From NCBI GenBank assembly GCA_012959275.1, contig DUDM01000050.1:9485-73484 (forward strand): 64,000 nt of DNA. The letters run 5' to 3'. The position numbers and the translations under genes are program-made. Below the pieces are notes generated by a model, which searched no databases, was not told the origin of the DNA, and saw only the letters and a program-made list of their open reading frames with translations. Below are positions 45,487 through 54,302 of this stretch, piece by piece. The DNA comes from Candidatus Poseidoniales archaeon. GTDB lineage: Archaea > Thermoplasmatota > Poseidoniia > Poseidoniales > Poseidoniaceae. How positions within the stretch are numbered: the stretch's first letter is position 1; every line of letters begins with the position of its first letter.

Positions 45487-46521
45487 ATGGTGTCGAACCT
45501 TCGTCGTGTATCTATGGGCATGGGCATTAGACGCGGTAGAGCGGCAGCGAAAGATAATTTGGAAGTGGGTGAGGAAGGAGATTGTCCACGCTGCCGTGGA
45601 GATTCTGAACCCTCCTCTCTTGAGGGCTTCCTCTCTTGTAGTGGCTGCGGATATGAATGGAGAGATCCTGACCACGTTCAGGCTGCAAGGACCCCCCCTC
45701 CAACTCATCGCAGAGATGCAGAATTGATTCAAGAGTTTCAACAGGAGTTGGAATCGGGAAGTATGAAGGGAGTACTCGGCATTGAAAAGAATCTTTCTAA
45801 GGCGCAAGAAGCAAGCCTCCAACGCTTGGAAGACAAGTGGATGACTGGACTTCAAGGCACATTCAATGTAGCACATGAAGAACGCAAACCTCTGATGTTA
45901 TCTTTTGATGAAGATGATAATATTCAAAACACCGTCATCGCATCGGTTACTTTGTTGAATAATGAGTTTGATGGTGGAGAAGAAATCAGAATCGAATATC
46001 CAGGATTAGGAACTGAATTTTACGGCTATGATGAAGATGATACCAAAGGCTGGAGACAGGGAAGAAGTATCGAAGATACGGCGAGAAACATTGCAAGCAT
46101 CATTAATAATTTGTCAAAGTTTGTTTATGCATCTTCTGAAGGCACCTCAGTATTATTTGAGATGAGAGATAACCGTTTAGAAGCTGCTTCATTAGTTGTT
46201 TTTGTAGAGGACCCAGGGGAACAGGACATTATCGCCGAGAAAGGCGGAGTTTCCATGGATGCCAGAGATGTGAGGATGGTTGAAGATTACCAAGCAGCAG
46301 TAGAAATTGTCCTAGAGGACGGAATAATATCTCCTAGTGAGGACCAAATGCTTTGGGCTATGCGAGAAGCGCTCGGAATCAGTGATGCTGACCATGTGCG
46401 AATTGTCATGGGAATATTTGGCGATACTGCAGTAAAAGAATGCACAGGTTGTGGAGGAATGGCCCAACTATATCCTGAATATTCAGCGTGGTATTGCACC
46501 CCTTGCGAAACATGGGTCTAA
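45487..46521 (+). CDS. Hypothetical protein bracketed by two zinc ribbons
   Basis: N-terminal CPRCRG...CSGCGYEW and C-terminal CTGCGG...CTPCETW. The segment DGIISPSEDQMLWAMREALGISDADHVRIV resembles TerB/DjlA-N-like helices. The ORF abuts the thiolase stop codon. Confidence 0.55.
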   Translation: MVSNLRRVSMGMGIRRGRAAAKDNLEVGEEGDCPRCRGDSEPSSLEGFLSCSGCGYEWRDPDHVQAARTPPPTHRRDAELIQEFQQELESGSMKGVLGIEKNLSKAQEASLQRLEDKWMTGLQGTFNVAHEERKPLMLSFDEDDNIQNTVIASVTLLNNEFDGGEEIRIEYPGLGTEFYGYDEDDTKGWRQGRSIEDTARNIASIINNLSKFVYASSEGTSVLFEMRDNRLEAASLVVFVEDPGEQDIIAEKGGVSMDARDVRMVEDYQAAVEIVLEDGIISPSEDQMLWAMREALGISDADHVRIVMGIFGDTAVKECTGCGGMAQLYPEYSAWYCTPCETWV

Positions 46522-46530
46522 AGAGGGCAC

Positions 46531-48213
46531 TCAAGAAATTCGGCTTAGTTGATAATTTGTCAACTGCTTCAGAATATTCAAATCGGTTGAGATAGGTAGA
46601 TTTGCTAATGCATTATTTGCAGCAGCATGATGATGCTCTGCCACCACCCTTGCATTTTCAATTGAACCCAAGTCCTCAAGCGCTTCAATAGCCCTTTCTA
46701 TATCATGTTTTGAAACTTTATCACCCTTACCGAAGACCTCAAGGAAAGTTTGCAATCCTTCTCCAGATTGTTCAAGGGCATGTAGGGCGATCAGGGTTTT
46801 TTTACCTTGAGCGATATCACTTCCCCTCGGCTTACCAATAGTATCGTCCTCACTCAAGATATCGAGCAGGTCATCCATTAGTTGGAAGCACATCCCCACT
46901 TCTCTGCCCCAAATAGAACATGCTTCGATTGTATATTCATCCGCACCTGCTAATAGGGCGCCTAATTCGGCTGCGGTTTGAAACATAACGGCAGTCTTAC
47001 CGTCAATCATCTCCAAATAATCTGAAATGCCAACATTTTCTTCATTTTCAAAGGCAATATCTAGTTGCTGCCCTTCGGAGACTCTTCGCACCATTTTTCC
47101 AACTGTCAATACCACATGGGCGATGTCTTTCATCCCAATTCCCGAACTATTGGCTAAAATTTCGAAGCCAACTGCTAACATTGCATCTCCAGCATTTATT
47201 GCCGAGGGTACATCAAATTCCTTGTGAACCGCAGGCCTACCCCTGCGCACATCATCATCGTCCATGATATCATCATGAACTAAAGTAAAGTTGTGGATAA
47301 CTTCCAAAGCTGCACCAACATCATCATGGCCTTCATGGGCATTTCCAAGTGCCTCTCCAACAATACGCGGCAAAGTAGCCCGTAATCTCTTACCTCCGCC
47401 TTCAATCAAGTGTAGCATTGCTAATCTTAATCGCTCAACCTTTGCCTTTGAAAGGGCACTGCGCACTTTTTCTTCAACTATTGGGCGGCAGCGATTAATT
47501 GCTTCAGATAAAGATTCATTTGAGCCATTATTTTGTGTCAAATCCAACCTTCCAAACCTATGAGTTAACTCATCTTCATTTAATGAGTCAAGGTTATTCC
47601 ACCAATCCATTAGTAAATTATCTGCTATCAATTGGAACCAAGGGGCGATAGTTTCCCCATTATCAGGACAGGATGCTGAGAATTGTAGCCATTCTTCTTG
47701 AGTGAACCATCGAGTTTCATCTATTTCATTTGGGTTTGGATTTGGACTAACATCTTTCTGCAGAATCATCAAATGGTCAAGTTCATGTTCAACCCATTCT
47801 TCATCCATACGCGACATGTAGAGCATCTTTGTCAAGGGTTGGAAATCTTCAACATTCAGAGTGTCTGATGGAACCCCAAGTTCTTGTCCCATTTTTCTAA
47901 TAGCAGCATTGATACTCCCTGCAAAACCATCTCTTTCACCTTCAACATTTAATGGGTGGGAGCAGCATGCATTAGCCCAAACACCAGGAAAGGTGATTTT
48001 GTCTTTTGAGCGCTTTTGTAGAAGCATTCTGCCGGATGAATCGAAAACGATAACTGAAAATGCCCTGTGTAGTGAGCCTTGCTGATGATGGCTGGCTGAT
48101 TTTGATGCTGTACCAATTTGCTGGTCTTTTTCATCCACCAATATGACCTGTTCTGCCATCAACTCTACCTGACTGCTATCATGACCTGCATCCATTAGGT
48201 CCTCGGGCTGCAT
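46531..48213 (-). CDS. Fusion protein: type-1 isopentenyl-diphosphate isomerase (Nudix) plus trans-polyprenyl (GGPP-type) synthase
   Basis: N-terminal half: LHRAFSVIVFD..LLLQKRS..KITFPGVWANACCSHPL...WVEHELDH (IDI-1). C-terminal half: GGKRLR, FARM LVHDDIMDDDDVRRGRP and SARM FQLMDDLLD. An alternative GTG start lies at 48225. Confidence 0.88.
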   Translation of the reverse strand: MQPEDLMDAGHDSSQVELMAEQVILVDEKDQQIGTASKSASHHQQGSLHRAFSVIVFDSSGRMLLQKRSKDKITFPGVWANACCSHPLNVEGERDGFAGSINAAIRKMGQELGVPSDTLNVEDFQPLTKMLYMSRMDEEWVEHELDHLMILQKDVSPNPNPNEIDETRWFTQEEWLQFSASCPDNGETIAPWFQLIADNLLMDWWNNLDSLNEDELTHRFGRLDLTQNNGSNESLSEAINRCRPIVEEKVRSALSKAKVERLRLAMLHLIEGGGKRLRATLPRIVGEALGNAHEGHDDVGAALEVIHNFTLVHDDIMDDDDVRRGRPAVHKEFDVPSAINAGDAMLAVGFEILANSSGIGMKDIAHVVLTVGKMVRRVSEGQQLDIAFENEENVGISDYLEMIDGKTAVMFQTAAELGALLAGADEYTIEACSIWGREVGMCFQLMDDLLDILSEDDTIGKPRGSDIAQGKKTLIALHALEQSGEGLQTFLEVFGKGDKVSKHDIERAIEALEDLGSIENARVVAEHHHAAANNALANLPISTDLNILKQLTNYQLSRIS

Positions 48214-48276
48214 CGTTTCTTCCACTTTGACTTTTTATAAAACATAACACTGTTCTAACTGTCTCAAAATATTGTT

Positions 48277-48612
48277 CTACTTTTGGAATTTTCCACATAC
48301 CGCACAAAATTCAATGTCACCTTGGAGCGAGGCAGAGCAGTGTAGGCATTTGGATGATGAAAGTCCCCCAATTGATTCTTTCATAGTTTCTGCACTGACA
48401 ATCAAGCGTACCGTTTCCTGAATCTTTAACGGGTTTGATCCCGCCTTCTTTAGTTCAGTCCACTTGTGTTTGAAACGCAATGCCTCTTGGATGGCTGATT
48501 CTATTTGTAACCTGCGCGTTTGTTGTTCATCTAAATCAACGATGTTAGAAGTTTTTTCAAGTAAGGATTGCAGATGTCTTTGGAACTCATCGAGGTTTGG
48601 CGTCTCGTCCAT
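48277..48612 (-). CDS. Small coiled-coil protein with a C-terminal zinc ribbon
   Basis: CLHCSASL...CAVCGKF. It lies immediately upstream of, and co-directional with, the IDI-GGPPS fusion. Confidence 0.5.
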   Translation of the reverse strand: MDETPNLDEFQRHLQSLLEKTSNIVDLDEQQTRRLQIESAIQEALRFKHKWTELKKAGSNPLKIQETVRLIVSAETMKESIGGLSSSKCLHCSASLQGDIEFCAVCGKFQK

Positions 48613-48686
48613 GAGTGCCGCATGTGCTATTATCTCATCAGTCCACCGGCCAATGACTTTGAAGAATCAATGATTGGGAGGGTCTG

Positions 48687-49481
48687 ATGGAAGCCCGCCG
48701 CATACTCATCAAACTTGGAGGGGGCCTGATTACCAACAAAAGCAAATTATGTGAAGTGGATGAAAAGTCTCTCGAAAGATGTGCTGAAGTCATTTCGCAA
48801 TTGGCTAACCAAGGTTTCCATCCTGTCATTGTTCATGGGGCAGGGGGGTTTGGCCATTTAGTAGCCAAAGAGTACCGTTTAGCAGAAGGAGAAAATGAGG
48901 GGATCAAAGGTCAGAAAGACGCCATATTGCAAATTCGAAAAGACATGCTCCAACTAAACCGGCTAGTTTGTTCATCCTTAATCAATCAGGGTTTGAAAAT
49001 ATCTTCACATCCGGCTCATGTTTGGGCTTCAGGGGTTGGACCCGATTTCTCTGGAACATTAGTTGCCAGTGATGATTTAATCCAAATCACCTTTGGAGAT
49101 TTAGTGGATTGTCCTGCTCCAAAAGAGTTTGGTATACTTTCGGGTGATCATTTGATGGAGCGTCTTTCATTATTTGAGGGAATTGAAGTAGTGGCATTCT
49201 TGGTCAGCGGAGTTGATGGAATACTCGCCCGTCCACCGATGGATAATGAAAAACCGGAATTATTGAGCCAATGGAATATCAATATGGCATTTGATGGACG
49301 CCATCAATCTGCAGTCGACGTAACTGGAGGTATCGGGTTGAAGGCAGCTTGCGGAGCAAGGATTGCTGATTCAGGAATACCAGTATGGATAATCAATGGA
49401 GATAAACCTCAGCGGCTGTTAGAATTAGCCCAAACAGGAAAAACGACTGGCACTCAAATTATCGCTGCTCAATCTGTATAG
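48687..49481 (+). CDS. Isopentenyl phosphate kinase (amino-acid kinase fold)
   Basis: ILIKLGGGLITNK and VIVHGAGGFGH are IPK signatures. GGGAGG lies upstream of the ATG. Confidence 0.82.
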   Translation: MEARRILIKLGGGLITNKSKLCEVDEKSLERCAEVISQLANQGFHPVIVHGAGGFGHLVAKEYRLAEGENEGIKGQKDAILQIRKDMLQLNRLVCSSLINQGLKISSHPAHVWASGVGPDFSGTLVASDDLIQITFGDLVDCPAPKEFGILSGDHLMERLSLFEGIEVVAFLVSGVDGILARPPMDNEKPELLSQWNINMAFDGRHQSAVDVTGGIGLKAACGARIADSGIPVWIINGDKPQRLLELAQTGKTTGTQIIAAQSV

Positions 49482-51679
49482 TTGTCTTCGGTTGGGACCT
49501 CTGCCTTCAGACCCTTTCGACCACGGATGCTCTCAACGGTCTTTTCAAACAAGTGAATTGGTAGTATATCGAAACCACAATTCTCTGAATTCCATATAGC
49601 ACGGCCTTGACTAGCGGCTCTGATATCATTGGAGAATCCGAATGTCTCTGCCACTGGTACTGTACCAATAACGGTGGTGACTTCTCCGTCTGCAGGCATG
49701 TCTTCAATTACACCACGGCGGTTTGAAATCTCCCTTGAAACGCCACCAAGCCAATTATTTGGTACGCTGACATTCATCTTCTGCATCGGCTCCATTATTA
49801 CAGGTCGAGCGCGGATACATGCGCCCTTGATTGCGTTTCTAACAGCAGGGATGGTTTGTGCTGGTCCACGGTGTATTGCGTCTTCGTGTAGTTTTGCATC
49901 TACTAAGCGCACATATAGCCCCATCATTGGCTCTTCTGCGATAGGTCCGCGCTTGCAGACTTCGTTGAAAGCTTCGATGATAAGTTCACGAGTCTCGTGA
50001 AGTGCTTGAATACCCCTAGTGTCGTTAACTAGGACGTTGGTTCCTTTAATGGCGTAAATTTTACGCATGGTATCTCTATCCATTCCTTCAAACTCGCCAA
50101 ACTTGTTTCCGACTTCTTTGGTGTCCTTGTTTCGAACAGGTCCATCGCCGAAGTGTCCCTCGCGAAGGGCTTCGATAACCGGAAGCGGTAATTTTTCTAC
50201 TTCAACATAAAATCTGTTGTGGCGGTTAGGAGACTTGCCTTCGAAAGGCATACCGTGGTTGTTTGATTCAACCGATTCACGGTAAACTACAATCGGTGGA
50301 CTAACCTTGACTTTGATACCTTGTTCTTCTTCGATACGGTAGGTGGTGATTTCCAAGTGGAGTTCCCCCATACCAGCCAATAGTGCTTCTCCAGTTTCCT
50401 GATTTGTAGTTACCACAAGACTTGCATCGGCCTTTGCAAGGGAGCGAAGTGCATCGATGAATTTGGGTAGGTCCTTCATGGAAAGAGGTTCTACTGCTAC
50501 TGTGACTACAGGTTCTGAATAGTGTCTAATGGCTTCGAATGGTGTCAAATCCTTATCTCTGGCGACCGTTACACCAGCCGCTGCTGAGCGGATACCGGTT
50601 ATCGCTGCAATATTTCCTGCAACCACACACGGTACGGGAATTCTATCTGCTCCAACCATCATGCTAACTTGTTGGACACGCTCAGGCTTACTTCCACCAA
50701 GCGCCCATACGGAATCACCGTGGTTGATTGAACCAGAGTAGATTCTTCCTACAGCGACTTCTCCTGCGTGAGGGTCCATCCAAATTTTTGTAATCATCAT
50801 TGCTAATTCGCCATCTGGATTACATTCCATCATCGACTTGCCTATTTCGGATTCTAGGTCTCCGTTCCAAATATTAGGAATACGGTATTTTTGTGCTTCA
50901 ATTGGGTCAGGTAGTTTTGTCACGGCCATGTCGAGTAGAACTTCGTGCACTGGTGCCTTCTTTGCCAATTCTTTTTGTTGTTCATTGTGGCAGTAATCAA
51001 AGATGTCTTTGAAAGAAATTCCCGTTTTTGCCATGAATGGTACAGTAATTCCCCAGTTGTGGTAAGCGCTACCGAAGGCTACAGTACCATCTGCTACACT
51101 AACTTGCCATTCTTTGCGCTTTTCTTCAGGAGCGAATTGGCGGATTAACTTGTTAACCTTGGTTATAGTCTCCATGAAACGGGCTTGCATATCTTCAGGT
51201 GTTACTTGCAGTTCGTTGATTAGGCGATCCACTTTGTTGATGAATAGAACTGGCTTGACCTTTTCTTTGAGTGCCTGTCGAACCACTGTCTCTGTTTGAG
51301 GCATGGGACCTTCAACAGCACAGGCTAAGATGAAGCAGCCGTCTACAGCACGCATGGCTCTGGTTACGTCTCCTCCGAAGTCGACGTGTCCTGGTGTATC
51401 TATCAGATTGATGAGGTAATCAGTACCACTTACATCGTGTACCATCGAAGCACTGACAGCATTGATGGTAATTCCACGGGCAGATTCTTGTTCATCGAAA
51501 TCAAGAACACGGCTCTTACCTGCCAACTCTTCTGACATCATTCCAGCACCTGCAATCAGGTTATCTGAAAGAGTAGTCTTTCCGTGATCGATATGAGCTG
51601 CGATACACAGATTCCTAATTTGTGGAAGGATGTGCATTACTTCAGTTGCGCGCTTGATGTTGTCTTCCTTGCGACCCAT
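49469..51679 (-). CDS. fusA: Translation elongation factor 2 (aEF-2)
   Basis: AHIDHGKTTLSD, DTPGHVDF, NKVDR and the diphthamide loop HEDAIHRGPAQ. Confidence 0.95.
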   Translation of the reverse strand: MGRKEDNIKRATEVMHILPQIRNLCIAAHIDHGKTTLSDNLIAGAGMMSEELAGKSRVLDFDEQESARGITINAVSASMVHDVSGTDYLINLIDTPGHVDFGGDVTRAMRAVDGCFILACAVEGPMPQTETVVRQALKEKVKPVLFINKVDRLINELQVTPEDMQARFMETITKVNKLIRQFAPEEKRKEWQVSVADGTVAFGSAYHNWGITVPFMAKTGISFKDIFDYCHNEQQKELAKKAPVHEVLLDMAVTKLPDPIEAQKYRIPNIWNGDLESEIGKSMMECNPDGELAMMITKIWMDPHAGEVAVGRIYSGSINHGDSVWALGGSKPERVQQVSMMVGADRIPVPCVVAGNIAAITGIRSAAAGVTVARDKDLTPFEAIRHYSEPVVTVAVEPLSMKDLPKFIDALRSLAKADASLVVTTNQETGEALLAGMGELHLEITTYRIEEEQGIKVKVSPPIVVYRESVESNNHGMPFEGKSPNRHNRFYVEVEKLPLPVIEALREGHFGDGPVRNKDTKEVGNKFGEFEGMDRDTMRKIYAIKGTNVLVNDTRGIQALHETRELIIEAFNEVCKRGPIAEEPMMGLYVRLVDAKLHEDAIHRGPAQTIPAVRNAIKGACIRARPVIMEPMQKMNVSVPNNWLGGVSREISNRRGVIEDMPADGEVTTVIGTVPVAETFGFSNDIRAASQGRAIWNSENCGFDILPIHLFEKTVESIRGRKGLKAEVPTEDNYTD

Positions 51680-51682
51680 GAT

Positions 51683-51690
51683 ATCACCTT
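51683..51690 (-). promoter_or_regulatory. Shine-Dalgarno site (AAGGTGAT) for aEF-2
   Basis: AAGGTGAT lies a few nt upstream of the ATG and is complementary to the canonical 16S 3' end ..GAUCACCUCCU. Confidence 0.65.
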
Positions 51691-51740
51691 GAGATAAGGC
51701 GGGCGACTTGCAATTCGTTCATGAAGGCTTCTACGCACCT

Positions 51741-51760
51741 CAATACCCTAAAGGGTATTG
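51741..51760 (-). other. Stem-loop in the uS7/aEF-2 spacer
   Basis: CAATACCC-TAAA-GGGTATTG, a perfect 8-bp stem, lies in the 112-nt spacer inside the conserved S12-S7-EF2 operon. Confidence 0.5.
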
Positions 51761-51791
51761 AAATAGATTTCAAACCAGTAGGTTTGACGGT

Positions 51792-52439
51792 TTAACGAGC
51801 CGATGCTGCAATTCTCTCGACTTCTTCCTTCTTTGAAATTGCAAAGGAAGTAGCATCACCATCAGCGGCTTTGCTGATTTCGTTGATGATACACTGAGTC
51901 AAGGTTCGCTTTGATTTGTATGTCCCTGATTGTGCACCCTTAGCCAAGTGGCGAAGTGCGACATCAAGACGACGCATTGGAGCGGAATCCACTGCCTTAG
52001 GCTGCGATACTGCTCCGAATTTGATGCGAGTTATTTCTTCCATTGGTGCACCATTACAGATCGCATCAACGAATGTTTGCAAGGGATTGCCTCCAGTGCG
52101 CTCAGCGATTTTATCAAGAGCGGTTTCGAATGCCTTAATCGCTCCTAATTTCTTGCCAGTGTATTTACCGCTGCGCATCAAATTGTTGATAAAACGCTCA
52201 ACGACTGATAACTTGGTCTTTCCAAACCATGCATTGGCATGGCGACCACCAGTATGTGGTGTGCCAACGGTTTTTAGATTGATATATGGGGCAAGCCCTG
52301 GGTCAGTACAGACTACTTCTGATGCGTCCCACTTGCCAAAGACTAGAGTCCCTATTCCTGCGATTGGACGCTCATCTTCTACAACTTCTTCGACGACTTC
52401 CTCTACGGCTTCGACGACTTCTTCTTCTTCAGACATCAT
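51792..52439 (-). CDS. rps7: Ribosomal protein uS7 with an acidic N-terminal extension
   Basis: The core LVFGKWDASEV...PHTGGRHA...RLDVALRHL matches archaeal S7. It is preceded by MMSEEEEVVEAVEEVVEEVVEDE. Confidence 0.9.
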   Translation of the reverse strand: MMSEEEEVVEAVEEVVEEVVEDERPIAGIGTLVFGKWDASEVVCTDPGLAPYINLKTVGTPHTGGRHANAWFGKTKLSVVERFINNLMRSGKYTGKKLGAIKAFETALDKIAERTGGNPLQTFVDAICNGAPMEEITRIKFGAVSQPKAVDSAPMRRLDVALRHLAKGAQSGTYKSKRTLTQCIINEISKAADGDATSFAISKKEEVERIAASAR

Positions 52440-52446
52440 CAACACC

Positions 52447-52875
52447 TCAGCGAATTGGTTTCTCCTTGCGGCCACGGACCATCTCATCGAGACTGACGCC
52501 GTTTACTTGAATAACCTTGTAGCGGACACCTGGAATGTCCCCGTAGGACCGGCCCATACGTCCGCCAATACCTTCGACCATTACTTCATCGTGTTCATCG
52601 ATGAAGTTGATTGCACCATCGCCAGGAGTGAAAGCGGTCAATTTATTTCCACTCTTTATGAGTGAAATTTTTACTGCCTTGCGGATGCCGGAATTAGGTT
52701 GTTTAGCCTCAATTCCGACCTTTTCGATAACAATTCCACGAGCCTGAACCGAGCCACGTAGTGGGTCGTGCTTCTCTCTGGACTTCAGCATACGCTTTTT
52801 GTAACGACGGTCTGACCAGCGAAACCTTTGGCGGTCCTTTGCCATTTTACGCCCTGCGAATAGTCCTCGACCCAT
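52447..52875 (-). CDS. rps12: Ribosomal protein uS12
   Basis: [15 protein letters not shown] and [15 protein letters not shown] motifs. Start placed at ATG 52875 ([10 protein letters not shown]..). Confidence 0.92.
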   Translation of the reverse strand: MGRGLFAGRKMAKDRQRFRWSDRRYKKRMLKSREKHDPLRGSVQARGIVIEKVGIEAKQPNSGIRKAVKISLIKSGNKLTAFTPGDGAINFIDEHDEVMVEGIGGRMGRSYGDIPGVRYKVIQVNGVSLDEMVRGRKEKPIR

Positions 52876-53021
52876 GCATATGCCTCCTTTTGAGCAGGTC
52901 GCCGACTTGCCTCCCCTATATGACCATGACGGATAACCACGCCGCAGCAGTTCATTCATACTGCCAATGTAGAGGGGGCATAAACGCAACCTTCAATGCT
53001 TGTCATCAAACGGCGAGAGGC

Positions 53022-54284
53022 ATGGGATTCAGGGGGCTGCTGGCAGATGCTGAAGTGGTAGCAGAATCAATTTCTTGTATTCATGAAATCTTCGATTATT
53101 CTAAGAATCTAAATAATTGCCCATTGTTATTTGAATCAATCAAGGAAGCAAATGGGCATAGAGCCGCATTGAATTTACTCGACAGGGGTTTATTGTGCAA
53201 AACCTTAGGGATTGCAGATTCAGAATTAATTGACATCCTTGCAGAAGCAATGGCAAACCCCCTTCCTACCAGAGAAGTAGAGGATGCCAAAGTTTTGCAA
53301 TGCAGCATGGATGTTGATTTGACTTGCTTACCAATCCCTCATCACCATAGGGAAGATGGTGGGAGATATATGTCTGCGAGCATCATTATTGCAGAATATA
53401 ATGGGATTAGGAATGTGTCCTTCCATCGTCAATTAGTGCTTTCAAAGAATGAATTAGCCGCTCGCTTAGTTCCTCGGCATTTGCGAACGATGGTAGATGA
53501 GGCAAGAAGTGTTGGTGATGAAATCAATATCGCCATCATCAATGGGCCAGACCCTCTTGTTCTATTGGCTGGTGCTATGTCATTCGATGAAAATTTAGAT
53601 GAATTAACCGTTGCATCCGCATTACACCAACGACTCCGAGGCTCTCCTTTGCCGGTTGTGCGCCTTGAAAATGGAATATTGGTTCCTGCTGATGCCGAAT
53701 ACGCCATGCAAGCAAGAATCACCTCTCGTGATGCGGAAGAAGGGCCATATGTTGACATAACAGGAACAGTAGATGACATCCGAATGGAGCCATTGATAGA
53801 AGTTGATTCAATCAACCATGCAAAGGATCCAATTATGCATATTCTAATCCCTGGGTTGGGGGAACACCGCGCCCTCATGGGCTTACCAAGAGCACCGGCA
53901 ATCAAAGCAGCCGTCTCAAAGGTAGTCGATTGCCATGATGTATTCCTTACCGAAGGTGGCTGTGGCTGGTTATCTTCTGTAGTTGCAATTAATCCTCAAG
54001 AAGAAGGAGATGGAGTTAAGGCGATTCATGCGGCATTCGCAGGACACCGCTCTATGAAACAAGTTACAATTGTCAATACCGACATAGACATTACCAATCC
54101 AGTTGCAGTAGAGTGGGCAATGATGACTCGCTGGCAACCAGACATAGATACGGTCATTCTCAGTGGCCAGAAAGGTTCTTCGCTCGACCCATCAAGAAAT
54201 GAAGATGGAACAACAGCGAAAGTTGGTTTTGATGCAACCTTAGGCTTAGGAGTTTCAGGAAAGGAATACACCAGTGTATTATAA
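53022..54284 (+). CDS. UbiD-family (prFMN-dependent) decarboxylase
   Basis: EDGGRYMSASIIIAEYNGIRNVSFHRQ, a RLVPRHL region, and an overall length of about 420 aa. The upstream 87 codons overlap the rps12 promoter/CDS and were rejected. Confidence 0.72.
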   Translation: MGFRGLLADAEVVAESISCIHEIFDYSKNLNNCPLLFESIKEANGHRAALNLLDRGLLCKTLGIADSELIDILAEAMANPLPTREVEDAKVLQCSMDVDLTCLPIPHHHREDGGRYMSASIIIAEYNGIRNVSFHRQLVLSKNELAARLVPRHLRTMVDEARSVGDEINIAIINGPDPLVLLAGAMSFDENLDELTVASALHQRLRGSPLPVVRLENGILVPADAEYAMQARITSRDAEEGPYVDITGTVDDIRMEPLIEVDSINHAKDPIMHILIPGLGEHRALMGLPRAPAIKAAVSKVVDCHDVFLTEGGCGWLSSVVAINPQEEGDGVKAIHAAFAGHRSMKQVTIVNTDIDITNPVAVEWAMMTRWQPDIDTVILSGQKGSSLDPSRNEDGTTAKVGFDATLGLGVSGKEYTSVL

Positions 54285-54302
54285 TCGAAAAAGGTGGTTC
54301 AA

